Assembly (NCBI GenBank): GCA_963842945.1
Contig: CAWJIM010000019.1
Location: forward strand, 256,001 to 320,000
Source: an uncultured Gemmatimonadales bacterium
GTDB lineage: Bacteria; Gemmatimonadota; Gemmatimonadetes; Gemmatimonadales; GWC2-71-9
Length of the DNA: 64,000 bases
Reading direction: 5' to 3'
Shown here: positions 11,888-21,604 of the stretch, in pieces
How the letters are laid out: each line of letters opens with the position of its first letter
How positions within the stretch are numbered: the stretch's first letter is position 1
Made by a program: the position numbers and the translations under genes
The notes under the pieces: model-generated
Told to the model about the DNA's origin: nothing
The model's database searches: none
The model's input: the letters and a program-made list of their open reading frames with translations, nothing else

Positions 11888-13727
11888 ATGATTCCTCGAT
11901 CCCTTCGTGGACTCGCGGGCAGCGCTACTTCTGGCCGCATCCTCAGCCGCTGCCCAGCAGACCACCCCCATCGCAGCGCACGGCGCCAGCGCGTTCGGCG
12001 CCACTCAGCAATATCCGCTACGAGATCACCTTCGATTCGACCACCGCGCGCAACCGGCTGATCAAGGTGATGATGTCGTTCGACGTGGGGGGCACCGGGC
12101 CGGTGTTGTTGTCGCTCCCGGCCTGGACGCCGGGCGCGTACGAGATCAGCAACTTTGCCCGATGGGTGGTCAACTTTTCGCCGGTGTCGGCCGGCCAGCC
12201 GATTCGCTGGGACAAGCTCGACTACGACACCTGGCGGCTTCAGCCGGCCGGGAGCCGTTCGCTGTCGGTGCGCTTCGATTACATCGCGGATACGCTGGAC
12301 AACGCGATGGCCTGGGCCCGGCCGGATTTCGCGCTCTTCAACGGCACCAATCTGCTGCTGTACCCCGAGGGAGCCGGCTTCGACTTTCCGGCGACAGTCA
12401 CGGTCAAGACCCAGCCCAACTGGACGGTGGCCACGGCAATGAAGCCGGCCCAGGCGCCGCGGTCGTACCAGGAGAGCTCCTATCACGACCTGGTGGATAT
12501 GCCCTTCTTTGTCGGCCGCATGGATTACGACAGCATGCAGGTGGCCGGACACTGGACCCGCCTGGCGACCTATCCCTCCCGGGCCCTGCCGGAGAGTTCG
12601 CGCAAGCAGCTCTGGAGCGAAATCGGCAAGATGATTCCGGCCGAGTCGGCGGTGTTCCGGGAGACGCCGTGGAGCAGCTACAACATCATGATGATCTTCG
12701 ATCCGGCATACGGCGGCGCGAGTGCGTTGGAGCATCAGAGCTCCCATGTCGGCATCTACAACCCGGGCCTGATCGGCAATCCGGTTCTCGCTTCGATCAC
12801 CGCGCATGAGATCTTCCACGCCTGGAACGTCAAGCGGCTCCGGCCGGCGGAGATGGTGCCCTACGACTATCACCAGGCCCAGCCGACACCCTGGCTTTGG
12901 GTCAGCGAGGGGATCACCGACTATTACGCCGACCTCGCCCTGGTCCGCGGTGGCATCATCGACTCCACCCAGTTCATGGGTCTGACGGCGAACAAGGCGA
13001 ACACCGTCGACATGACTCTGCCAACCGCCCTGGAGGACGCCTCGCTATCCACCTGGATCCATCCGGAGGACGGTAGCGGCTACATCTACTATCCCAAGGG
13101 CTCACTCGCCGGGCTGTTGCTGGATATTCAGATCCGGGATGCCAGCGACAACGCCAGATCGCTCGACGATGTCATGCGGCAGCTCTACCAGAACACCTAC
13201 AAGAAGGGCCGCGGCTTCACCGCGGCCGATTTCTGGCCCGAGGTGTCGCGGGCGGCAGGTGGGCGACCCTTCGAAGACTTTGGCGTCCGCTATGTGGACG
13301 GGCGGGACAGCTATCCCTTCGATCGAATCCTTCCGCTGGCCGGGATGCGGGTTGCGCTGGATACGTTGCGGGAGCCCCGGCTCGGCCTGCAGACGTCGGG
13401 GGACTCGAGCGGCATCATCGTAACCGGGCTGGCTCCCGGTGGTGCTGCCCAGGAGGCCGGTGTGCAGGTGGGCGATCGCGTGATCTCGCTGGGCGACCTC
13501 TCGCTGTCAGATCCGGACTTCGGCCCCGCGTTCCGGGCCCGCTTCGGCAAGCAGGACGGAGCTCCCCTGCCAATCAAGGTGCGCCGAGGGGGAGTGACAC
13601 CCTGACCTTGAACAGCAAGGTTCGGCTGGTGGCCCGGGTCGAGCGCCGATTCGAGATCGATCCCTCGGCGTCGGCCAAGGCGGTTCGGATTAGGAATGGG
13701 ATCATGAAGGGAGTTGTCGGCAGGTAG
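11888..13727 (+). CDS. M61 family (glycyl) aminopeptidase with C-terminal PDZ domain, frameshifted at both ends
   Basis: PAWTPGAY, ALEH, HEIFHAWNVKRLRP, LWVSEGITDYY, YYPKG; PDZ-like GAAQEAGVQVGDRVI. Confidence 0.9.
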
Positions 13728-13756
13728 TCGGAGACACGAGTAGCGCTCCCCGCCTC

Positions 13757-13997
13757 CTACCCGTCCTCGACCCGAGTCAGGACCCCGCTCCAGGAATTAT
13801 CCCGCTTGTGCCCGCCACGGAACTCGAAGTGGTCGTCAACCAGAATCCGGCGGGTGAATTCCCAGGTGGGTTGCTCGTGAAGCCGGTGTCGAAGCACCAA
13901 CGGCACCAGTTGGGCCGCAACGACCCACACATTCGGCTTCCAGTCCCGGGTAAAGGTGGGCCCATTCCGGCCGCAGCCGCGCTTCCCGCACTGCCAT
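13757..13997 (-). CDS. Small unannotated protein (REARLRPE...HFEFRGG family), one frameshift; paralog of 32098-32370
   Basis: Joining ORFs 13836-14024 and 13757-14035 gives MAVREARLRPEWAHLYPGLEPNVWVVAAQL...LVDDHFEFRGG. Confidence 0.7.
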
Positions 13998-14106
13998 TTT
14001 CGAAACCGCCCAAGTAGTTGGCAACTGACTAGCATCCTCGCAGTGCGAGTGAGGGCGGTGCTATGGCCTATGTCACAGTTCAGCAGCGATCTTACATTCC
14101 AGCGTC

Positions 14107-14901
14107 ATGCCGATCACCGAAATTGTCCTGACCAGTCTGGGCGACCTGATCGATAAGGTCACGCCAACGGAGCCCGACCCCCGCACCGGCCGCCGTCGCG
14201 ACAGCGGCGTATATCGCGGAGACGGAGACGCCGGCTGGCCCTTGCTCACCAGCCTCGACAAGCTGGGTGGAGTCAATCCGCCGCACACCAAAGCGGATCT
14301 GGAGGAGCACATCGTCCGCAACTTTATCCGCTACTCCCGTCCCTACTTCGCCCAGCCGGCCAGCGACTGGGAGGTGCTGGTTGCGGCGCAACACCACGGG
14401 CTTCCGACCCGTTTGCTGGATTGGACCTACTCACCCCTGGTCGCGGCGCACTTCGCCACCCTCAACAGCGAGCGCCGCTCCGACCGGGTCATCTGGCGGT
14501 TGGACTGGAAGCAGGTGCACCGGCGGTTCAACCTGCCGGAGCTTTCCTTTTTGATTCAGGATTTGGAGGGGACCCTGGGGGAGAACCGTCCGCTCACGCC
14601 CTGGGCGCTCTTTTCCGCACGGGAGAAAACCAAGCCCTTTGCCTGCATGCTCGAGCCCCCGTCGATCAATCCCCGGATTGTGGCGCAATCCGCCACCTTT
14701 ACCCTCTGCTCCGATAAGCGGCAGTCGTTCGACTGTTTCCTGGAGCAGAACGGGGTGGGATCGGCGCTCACCAAGTTCGTGATTCCCGGCCAGGAGACCG
14801 CTCGTTTCCGGGACCAGCTGGATCTGGTCGACGTAGACGAGCGGCGGCTATTTCCTGACCTGGATGGTGTGGCGGCCGAGATGCGGCGGTACTACTCCTG
14901 A
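14107..14901 (+). CDS. FRG domain protein
   Basis: VYRG, AQHHGLPTRLLDWTYSPLVAAHFA, NPRIVAQSATF, LFPDLDG. Confidence 0.9.
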   Translation: MPITEIVLTSLGDLIDKVTPTEPDPRTGRRRDSGVYRGDGDAGWPLLTSLDKLGGVNPPHTKADLEEHIVRNFIRYSRPYFAQPASDWEVLVAAQHHGLPTRLLDWTYSPLVAAHFATLNSERRSDRVIWRLDWKQVHRRFNLPELSFLIQDLEGTLGENRPLTPWALFSAREKTKPFACMLEPPSINPRIVAQSATFTLCSDKRQSFDCFLEQNGVGSALTKFVIPGQETARFRDQLDLVDVDERRLFPDLDGVAAEMRRYYS

Positions 14902-15278
14902 GGCAGATCGGATTCCGGCGGGCGGTCTCGGCCGGCCAGCCGCGCCTCTGCCCGATCATTGTCGCCGTGGGCCAGCAGAATTTCGAAGTTGTCCACCGGG
15001 GCGGCTACGCTCTTGAGCTGGACGAAGTCACCGGGTGCCCAGCTGGAGGCGACGGGACGCTGGGGTAAGCGGATCTCCCACACACTGCCGTCTTCCAACA
15101 CGACATAGCTCCCGCCATCCACGACCTCTCGCACATACAGGCCGTAGGGCAGGGTGACGCTGTAGCAGTTCCAACTGCAGCCCGGAAGCTGGGGGGCGAC
15201 GTTCTGGGCCTGGGCGGCCGCTCGATGCGGCAAGAACAACACGAGCCCCAGGAGTGGAACTAGGCGAAGCATCTTCAC
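14892..15278 (-). CDS. Hypothetical secreted protein
   Basis: Signal peptide ending AAAQ; 128 aa ORF, no recognised domain. Confidence 0.65.
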   Translation of the reverse strand: MKMLRLVPLLGLVLFLPHRAAAQAQNVAPQLPGCSWNCYSVTLPYGLYVREVVDGGSYVVLEDGSVWEIRLPQRPVASSWAPGDFVQLKSVAAPVDNFEILLAHGDNDRAEARLAGRDRPPESDLPQE

Positions 15279-15348
15279 GGGATTACCCTCAGGAAGGTAG
15301 GTACCACTAGCTTACCTCCGATTTTGCGAGTCCGCAGTGGGGGCGGTT

Positions 15349-15424
15349 ACGGACGGAACGTGAGGAACGTGAGGAACGTGGGGAACGGGCGGACCGGCCT
15401 TTCTCCACGTTCCTACCCCTTCCC
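15349..15424. repeat. 9-mer (GGAACGTGA) tandem repeat with partial inverted copy upstream of rpsD
   Basis: ggaacgtgaggaacgtgaggaacgtggggaacggg followed by ctccacgttcctacccct. Confidence 0.65.
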
Positions 15425-15491
15425 AGAATCGTGTAATGCCAATAGGTTAGTGGGCTATGCTTACTTGGAACCATCCAGAGGAGAAGCTGTC

Positions 15492-16091
15492 GTGAATCGT
15501 AGGGGACCCAAGGTTAAACTGGCCCGCCAACTGGGCATCGCACTCACGCCCAAGGCCGCCAGAGTCATGGAGCGCCGTCCCAATCCGCCGGGGCAACATG
15601 GCGCCTCGCCCCGCCGAAAAGTCAGCGGCTACAAGAAGCAGTTGGTAGAGAAGCAGCGGCTCAGGGCTCAGTACAATGTGAGCGAGCGCCAGCTGCAAAA
15701 CGCCTTTGCCCAGGCCATCCGGCAGACCGGTAACACGGGCGTTCGGCTGCTTCAGCTGCTCGAGCTCAGGCTGGACGCCGTGGTCCTGCGGGCCGGGTTC
15801 GTCCGAACTATCTACGCGGCACGGCAGGCGGTGACGCACGGTCACGTCACTGTCAATGGGCGGAAAGTGGATCGGCCCTCCCGCCGACTCAAGCCGGGAG
15901 ACGTGGTCGCCCTGTCGCAGCGGAGCCGGGATCTCGCAGCATTCACCGCGCCGCTCGAGGTGGCCCGGCCGCCGGCCTATCTCGAGCTGGACAAGGACAA
16001 CCGGCGGGTTCGGATCCGGGAGATCCCCGAGCGGGAGCAGATCCCGGTTCAGTGTGAGGCTTCTCTCGTTATCGAGTACTATTCGCGCTGA
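15492..16091 (+). CDS. rpsD: 30S ribosomal protein S4, stand-alone, lacking Zn-ribbon cysteines
   Basis: GPKVKLARQLG, PPGQHG, QLVEKQRLRAQY, LELRLDAVVLRAGF, ARQAVTHGH, IEYYSR; GTG start after AGGAG. Confidence 0.95.
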   Translation: MNRRGPKVKLARQLGIALTPKAARVMERRPNPPGQHGASPRRKVSGYKKQLVEKQRLRAQYNVSERQLQNAFAQAIRQTGNTGVRLLQLLELRLDAVVLRAGFVRTIYAARQAVTHGHVTVNGRKVDRPSRRLKPGDVVALSQRSRDLAAFTAPLEVARPPAYLELDKDNRRVRIREIPEREQIPVQCEASLVIEYYSR

Positions 16092-16113
16092 CGCGTGAGA
16101 CAGGTGAAAGAGG

Positions 16114-16145
16114 AAAGACCCTTCGGCGGTGCCGGAGGGTCTTTT
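16114..16145. terminator. Rho-independent (likely bidirectional) terminator
   Basis: AAAGACCCTTCGGC-ggt-GCCGGAGGGTCTTTT hairpin between convergent genes. Confidence 0.85.
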
Positions 16146-16200
16146 GACATTCAGCGCTCGGCCTCCTCGTGGGCTAGAGCGTCCGCGACAACCTCACACT

Positions 16201-16740
16201 CTACTGCCGAGCCAGCCGGTCGGTGCTCACCCTGAACTCGTCGCGGCGATTGTGGCCCCACGCCGCCTCGGTCTCACCGGGATCGAGCGGTCGCTCCTCA
16301 CCATAGCCGACGGTCTCCAGTCGGTCTTCCGAGATACCCAGGTTGACCAGAAATCGCTTCGCCGCTGAGGCGCGTCGGTTGCTGAGGGCCAGGTTGTATT
16401 CGTCCGAGCCCCGCTCATCAGCGTGCCCGTCGATTCGGAGCGCCAGGTTGGGGGCAGCACCGAGGATTTCTCCTTTTTTCATTAGGCTTTGGCGGGCGGC
16501 AGGGCTGAGCTCATGTTCGTCGAAGCCAAAGTAGATTCGTTCCTCGAGCGTAGCGAGCAGAGTGCGGTCGAGCACGTCCTCCGGAACCGTCTCCATGCTG
16601 GCAGGCGTGGATGGGATCGTGCTCGAAGGGGATTCCTGGTCTTGGGGCGCCGGGGTTTCGACCTTACTCTGGTGTCCGCAGCCGATGACTAACGCGGCCG
16701 CAGTCACGAGATATCCCGCCTGTCTGATTGATCGATGCAT
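16201..16740 (-). CDS. pal: Peptidoglycan-associated lipoprotein (Pal/OmpA C-terminal domain)
   Basis: Lipobox VIGC; IYFGFD, IDGHADERGSDEYNLALSNRRA, GYGEERP, NRRDEF. Confidence 0.88.
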   Translation of the reverse strand: MHRSIRQAGYLVTAAALVIGCGHQSKVETPAPQDQESPSSTIPSTPASMETVPEDVLDRTLLATLEERIYFGFDEHELSPAARQSLMKKGEILGAAPNLALRIDGHADERGSDEYNLALSNRRASAAKRFLVNLGISEDRLETVGYGEERPLDPGETEAAWGHNRRDEFRVSTDRLARQ

Positions 16741-16790
16741 GTGGGAGCCTCCTCATTGTGGTTCGTCCGGTGGGCTCTGCTGCAAGTCGC

Positions 16791-16806
16791 TGCAGCAGCA
16801 GTGCCA
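16791..16806 (-). promoter_or_regulatory. Candidate sigma54 -24/-12 promoter for pal-like gene
   Basis: Minus strand TGGCAC-TGCTG-CTGC (GG-N10-GC) ~50 nt upstream of ATG. Confidence 0.45.
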
Positions 16807-16921
16807 AAAGGGGCAGGAGATTTCTGGCTTGAAGGCGTAAATCACGCCTGAAGTCTCGCGAGTTCGGGTACGTGGCAGGTACCGTGCCTCGAGCGGGCGC
16901 TGACGCCCAACTATCGCCAAC

Positions 16922-16977
16922 AAAAAAGCCTCCAACATGGAGGCCTAAAGGGATTGCGGCTCAGAGAGGCGCCGATC
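16922..16977 (-). repeat. Degenerate tRNA-Cys 3' tip plus terminator (outermost att remnant)
   Basis: aaaaaaGCCTCC-aacat-GGAGGC-ctaaagggattgcggctcagagaggcgccg aligns with 17642-17694, 23319-23371 and 31811-31865; only ~8-11 bp of tRNA remain. Confidence 0.7.
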
Positions 16978-17152
16978 CTTTCTTCATGATCAGCACGATA
17001 GCGCTGTCGTCCCTCACTGCACCATTGTGGTCGTTCCCTGATCGCCTCCAGATGCTCGCCTTTGGGGCGGAGCTGGTCCACCTACCCAGCTCTCTCATCT
17101 CGGCGATCTGGGAGGTCCCTCAGTGAGTTGTGGTCTGCAGGGAAGCGCAGAC

Positions 17153-17353
17153 TTAAGGCAGGGTGGAGCGCCCGATCGTCACCGGACGATCGAAGATTAG
17201 GTTTAGCGCGATCGCCAGCAGGGCCAGATTGGTGCACGCTCTAGAGAAGGCCTCGGCGCCCGTCTGCATAATTGGGCCACTAAAACTGGCCACAACAGCT
17301 AGCACGAAGGCCAGCGCGGCTAGACCTGTGAACGTCCTTGCTAAGGTGTTCAT
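17153..17353 (-). CDS. Small two-TM membrane protein
   Basis: MNTLARTFTGLAALAFVLAVV...LALLAIALNLIF after GGAGG RBS. Confidence 0.6.
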   Translation of the reverse strand: MNTLARTFTGLAALAFVLAVVASFSGPIMQTGAEAFSRACTNLALLAIALNLIFDRPVTIGRSTLP

Positions 17354-17610
17354 CTCGCCTCCTGTCCAAGTGCATGAAGAAGATTCCAACCGCCTCGGAG
17401 TGGCTTCACCATCAACTCCGACGATCCCCAAACCAGGGTGTACACGAGGATGCGACAAGCTATGGCTGCGGCCCGAGCATTTTTTTGCTGGACATGCCTT
17501 TGACCAGGAATCGTGAGCCTGAGTTATCGTGCGGTACGGGACCTGTCAAGCCAGCAGGGAGGGAGGTCGCAAGGTTGGTAGTGGGCCGGGCAAGCTCAGT
17601 TGGTTCCTGG

Positions 17611-17865
17611 CATTTTCTTCCCAAAAACCCTCCCACACAAGAAAAGAGCCTCCGCTCAGGAGGCCCTAAGTGCTTGTGGCTCAGAGAGGCGCCGGTCGGA
17701 ATCGAACCGACGAATGGAGGTTTTGCAGTTCTCCCAAGGCTCTTGCGGGGCTTCCTATACTTCCCGAAGCCGCGACACGGATAGCGATTAGCTCGGCCTA
17801 CTATTGCAACTGATTTGCAATTGTTTGCGTCCTTTTCGGCCAAAACCTTCCCAAAATCTTCCCAT
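17611..17865. repeat. att junction: arm repeats + terminator + 42-bp tRNA-Cys 3' half (17687-17728) + ~137-bp conserved arm
   Basis: aggcgccggtcggaatcgaaccgacgaatggaggttttgcag identical to 31858-31899; arm pairs cttcccaaaaaccctccca and aaccttcccaaaatcttccca. Confidence 0.92.
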
Positions 17866-18156
17866 CAGGCCTTCCGTACCGGTCAACCGGCCTCGAAGGG
17901 CAAACTCCCACGACTACAAGGAGCCCGGGGTATTATCTCGGGCTTTTCGCATCGGTGGGTTGAGGCGGAGGTGGCCGCGCTCGCATCGAGGTGATCGCCT
18001 GGGCGAGAGAGGAGCGCGAACGCGTGACTGACCATTACGGGAGAACACTGACATGCGGGCAGTTCGCACCCGTGGTACCCAGAGCTGAAGGCAACCCCCA
18101 CGAACAGGTGGAGCACCCGCATGATCGGATTTGCCGCGGTCGGGAAAGTCAGGCTT

Positions 18157-18931
18157 CTATTCGGAGGGTCTGATCGAGCTAACAGCGGGGCTGGGTACAT
18201 GCACGGTCAAACTGGCGACAACGTTCCGTGCGGTTACGGTAACTGGGCATCCCCCGGCGCCTGACCTTCCATCCACATCGCCCTCGAGTTATCCCAACAC
18301 TGTGGCCAGAGCCTCGTGTAGGGGCAACCGACCTGCGCATAGACGATTCCGGATGGGCTCGAGTTAATGAGGAGAGGGAGCCCGTAGACCGGGACCCCGC
18401 TCCGGAGAGCCACCAGCCTGAAGGCTACATAGGCTTCGACACCCAGATCGACCGAGGTCACGTTCTGCGAGGAGTTGTCCATGCTGGCAATATCTGGATC
18501 GCATCCAGCGGAAGCGGTTCGCTGTTCACCTCGATGTGGACCAACCGGGTCACCGTGTCGGCACGGACAGTCAGCTCTGCGGTGCCGGGCGCGTGGGCAA
18601 CCAGAGTCACGCTGGCAGGCGCGCTTACCTGCTGCTCGGCCGGTCCGACCACGGCTGGATTGGACGAATGGATATGCACGACCGCAGTAGTCGGGCACCA
18701 TCGATAGCCGATCGGGCAGCCGTAATAAGTCCGGGGCTCGATCTCGGCTGACGCAATCTCACCCACCAGCATGAGACTCTTCTCGGCGGTCCACTCGGAG
18801 CTCTTCACCACCACGGAAATCTCGTCGAGGGGGGTCGACGGTTCGGTGCCAGAATTGCCGCCGCAGCCGATCGACAGCCCAGCCGCCAAGGCCAGCGCCA
18901 TGCAATCCCGAGTGCTTATTACTTTGCTCAT
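18157..18931 (-). CDS. Ig-like-domain lipoprotein, paralog of 20037-20813, frameshifted
   Basis: ALALAAGLSIGC, VVVKSSEWTAEKSL, GTAELTVRADTVTRLV, ends VHVPSPAVSSIRPSE*. Confidence 0.8.
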
Positions 18932-18964
18932 TAACCACCCCCTCACGTACGACGAGTGTTCCGC

Positions 18965-19130
18965 CTACGTCGGCAGCTTCCGGATCCGCTGCAGCTTCGG
19001 CTCAGTCCAGTACACGTACTGACCGTCCACCGCCACACTCGATGGCGAGAACACGTCCATCTCGCCGGAGAACCTGAAGAGCTGCGTGTAGTCCCATGGT
19101 CCAAGGGACGATCTTATCGGCCTTGCCGAG
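18965..19130 (-). pseudogene. 3' remnant of a YWTD-like beta-propeller gene
   Basis: Minus-frame ...SPSSVAVDGQYVYWTEPKLQRIRKLPT* without a convincing start. Confidence 0.4.
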
Positions 19131-19166
19131 CGAGACAGATTGATCTCCTACCATTGGAGGTGCTCA

Positions 19167-19523
19167 TCAGCAGTACCCATCGCAGGTACCTCTCGTGGCA
19201 ACGAAAGCAAAGAGCCACAAGCCTCCGATCAGGCCGACAGTCGACACCGCGTCTTTTTTGCGCACAGCGAGGTGCACAGCGTCGGCTGTAGCGACGCGCA
19301 TCTGGTGATCCCCGGACTGGCCCACCAAGGTGTCTTCCACCAACTCAGGTTGGCTGAGGACCACTTTCGAGCTGTCGGCCAGAGTGATCCGGATCTTGGC
19401 CGGATGCTCGTTCGCAAGGAGTTGCTGTGAAGGGAGAGTGGAGACCTTCCAACTGGAACAAGCGGGGAGGCATGCCACCAAGAAGACCCAAGCAATCGAC
19501 CGGGGCTGGCTGCGGAACGACAT
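19167..19523 (-). CDS. Small lipoprotein with C-terminal TM
   Basis: VACLPAC lipobox-like; C-terminal hydrophobic VGLIGGLWLFAFVA. Confidence 0.6.
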   Translation of the reverse strand: MSFRSQPRSIAWVFLVACLPACSSWKVSTLPSQQLLANEHPAKIRITLADSSKVVLSQPELVEDTLVGQSGDHQMRVATADAVHLAVRKKDAVSTVGLIGGLWLFAFVATRGTCDGYC

Positions 19524-20036
19524 AAGCCCTTTCAATCGATTTGTGATGGCGACCATGGCCAGGAAGATCCGAGCAACGAATCAAGGGCCAGTCAAGTCGA
19601 GCACCGTGCCTCGAGCAAGCGGTGTGCCTTGAGAATGCTTCCTGCTGAGCTCACGCTCACGCGTCCCAGGTTGACCGTTTGCGCAAGCTGGAGTGTTCGC
19701 AGAACGCGGTGATAGCACCCGGAATTACCGCGGACTGCGAGTCTTGACGACCATCGTATGTTCTTCCTACGCGCACATTCGCCGAGAATCTTCGTCTGCG
19801 GGTGCAGTGATCCCCCCAGTAGTCACCCTCACATAGCTTGGTCTAGATCCCGTGAAGTGCGATGAGTTGTGGCGCTTGACCCGCACTTGAGGGCCGCGTG
19901 TTAGCGATGGGGCAGTTGACCACCGAATCAACTCGAGGAGGGGAGCCATGAACCGGTACCTCGTTCAGCTCCAAAAGTCTGTCATGCCGTGCAAGGACTG
20001 CCTGCGCACGCCGTCTTGCGTTAAGGGAGGTCGTTA

Positions 20037-20813
20037 ATGCGCAGAGCAACAAGTACTCAGGATTACTTCGCGCTGGCCTTAGCGGCTGGGCTGTTGATCG
20101 GCTGCGGCAGCAATGCCGGTACCGAGCCGTCGGGCACCATCGGGATTAACGGGCTTTCCGTGGTGGTGAAGAGCTCCGAGTGGACCGCCGAGAAGAGCCT
20201 CATGGTGGTGGGTGAGAATGCGTCCGCCCAGATCGATCCCCTGACCCATGACAGCTGTCCGGTCGGAGTTATACAGTGCCCCATTCCTGCGGTCGTGCAG
20301 ATCCGCTCATCCAACCCAGACGTCGTCGGACCGGCCGAGCAGCAGGTGAGCGCGCCTGCCAGGGTGACTCTGGTTGCCCGCGGGCCCGGGACCGCAGAGC
20401 TGACTGTCCGTGCCGACACGGTGACCCGGTTGGTCTACATCGAGGTGAGCAGCGAGCCGCTTCCGCTGGATGCCATCCAAATATTCCCGGTGTACGACCC
20501 CTCGCAGAACGTGACCTCAGTCGAGCTGGGTCTCGACTCCGTTGCAGTCTTCACGTTGGTTGCTCTCCGGGGCGGCGCCGCGGTCTACGGACCCGTTCTG
20601 GCCTTTAACTCCAGCTCATTGGACATCGTCTCTGCATTCATAGGTTGCTTCGACACGCCCTACCCACAGTGTCCCGATGACTCGAGGGCGATGTGGCTGA
20701 AGGGCTGGGGTCCGGGGGATGCCCAGGTCACGGTAACCGGACGGAACGTTGTCGCCAGTTTGACCGTGCATGTACCCAGCCCTGCTGTTAGCGCGCTCAG
20801 ACCCTCCGAGTAG
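20037..20813 (+). CDS. Ig-like-domain lipoprotein (two beta-rich domains, each with a Cys-bounded loop)
   Basis: LAAGLLIGC lipobox; SSNPDVV...ARGPGTAELTV and GPGDAQVTVT (Big_2-like) motifs; GGAGG RBS. Confidence 0.8.
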   Translation: MRRATSTQDYFALALAAGLLIGCGSNAGTEPSGTIGINGLSVVVKSSEWTAEKSLMVVGENASAQIDPLTHDSCPVGVIQCPIPAVVQIRSSNPDVVGPAEQQVSAPARVTLVARGPGTAELTVRADTVTRLVYIEVSSEPLPLDAIQIFPVYDPSQNVTSVELGLDSVAVFTLVALRGGAAVYGPVLAFNSSSLDIVSAFIGCFDTPYPQCPDDSRAMWLKGWGPGDAQVTVTGRNVVASLTVHVPSPAVSALRPSE

Positions 20814-20840
20814 AAGTACGGCGGCAGCTGGCTAAGGAGC

Positions 20841-20882
20841 CTTTTGCATCCATTTCCCCTGAATCTTCCTAAAACCTTCCCA
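20841..20882. repeat. Orphan copy of island arm end without tRNA core
   Basis: cttttgcatccatttcccctgaatcttcctaaaaccttccca aligns with 17822-17864. Confidence 0.65.
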
Positions 20883-21604
20883 GGTGAACAGCCGGACTCC
20901 CTCTCGGAGAAGTCGAAGCGACTAGGCATACTAACGGCTAACCACTTGAACGAACTCGGGTCGCTCAAGCGATTCTCATGCAGTCACCGGATCTGGCCGG
21001 CGGTATTGTTCCCAGCAGAAGCGCAGGGTTTCCGGTCATGGCTCAGGTATGCTGGCTCCCAAAGGATCGTCACAGGCCTCTCCCTCCTGGCTTCATCCAT
21101 GGGATATACGCTAGTACGTCCCGTTGTCCAGCCGGTTTATCTGTCGCAACTCCAGGCCTGCCCTCATCTGTCACTTGGACATCGTGACGCCAGGGAGTGT
21201 GTCGCGCCGGTCGAGGAAACGCAGAAGGTGATTGAGGAGTAAGAAGTCAGCGTGCGTGTCAAGACTCGCAGTTTAGAAGCGACTTGGGGTGAAATCACCG
21301 CGTTTTGCGAGGACCGGCACTACAACACTTCCAATTCGGCAATCACTTACGTCGTTGGCATCTCTCTTCCCAACGAGTCAGCCGATCCTTGTGTTCATAG
21401 CGGAGATATAGTTCGATCGTTCTCGCTCCCGACGCAACAGTCCACGCCGCGGCCGTCGGCTGGCTAGTCTGAGTACGCTCGTGAGCGGCTGATTTCACCT
21501 TGGGGCTCCACATGCGCGTGCGATCGCTCCGATTTAGTCAGTTAGTGACAGCGCCCGTCGCGAACGAGGGTGTCCCCGAGCCGAATGTGGATGTCTCGCC
21601 CTAC

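Noticed and set aside
15425..15455. Possible Zur box upstream of rpsD
   Set aside because: AT-rich but no convincing palindrome could be read.
18157..20813. Paralog pair as a diversity-generating retroelement TR/VR
   Set aside because: Differences are not adenine-specific, include indels and span the whole gene; no reverse transcriptase is in the window.
20844..21467. ORFs 20844-21242 and 21252-21467 (and similarly 23491-23955) as genes or integrase remnants
   Set aside because: No recognisable motifs, including no tyrosine-recombinase R-H-x-x-R-Y signature, and atypical composition; probably decayed DNA.
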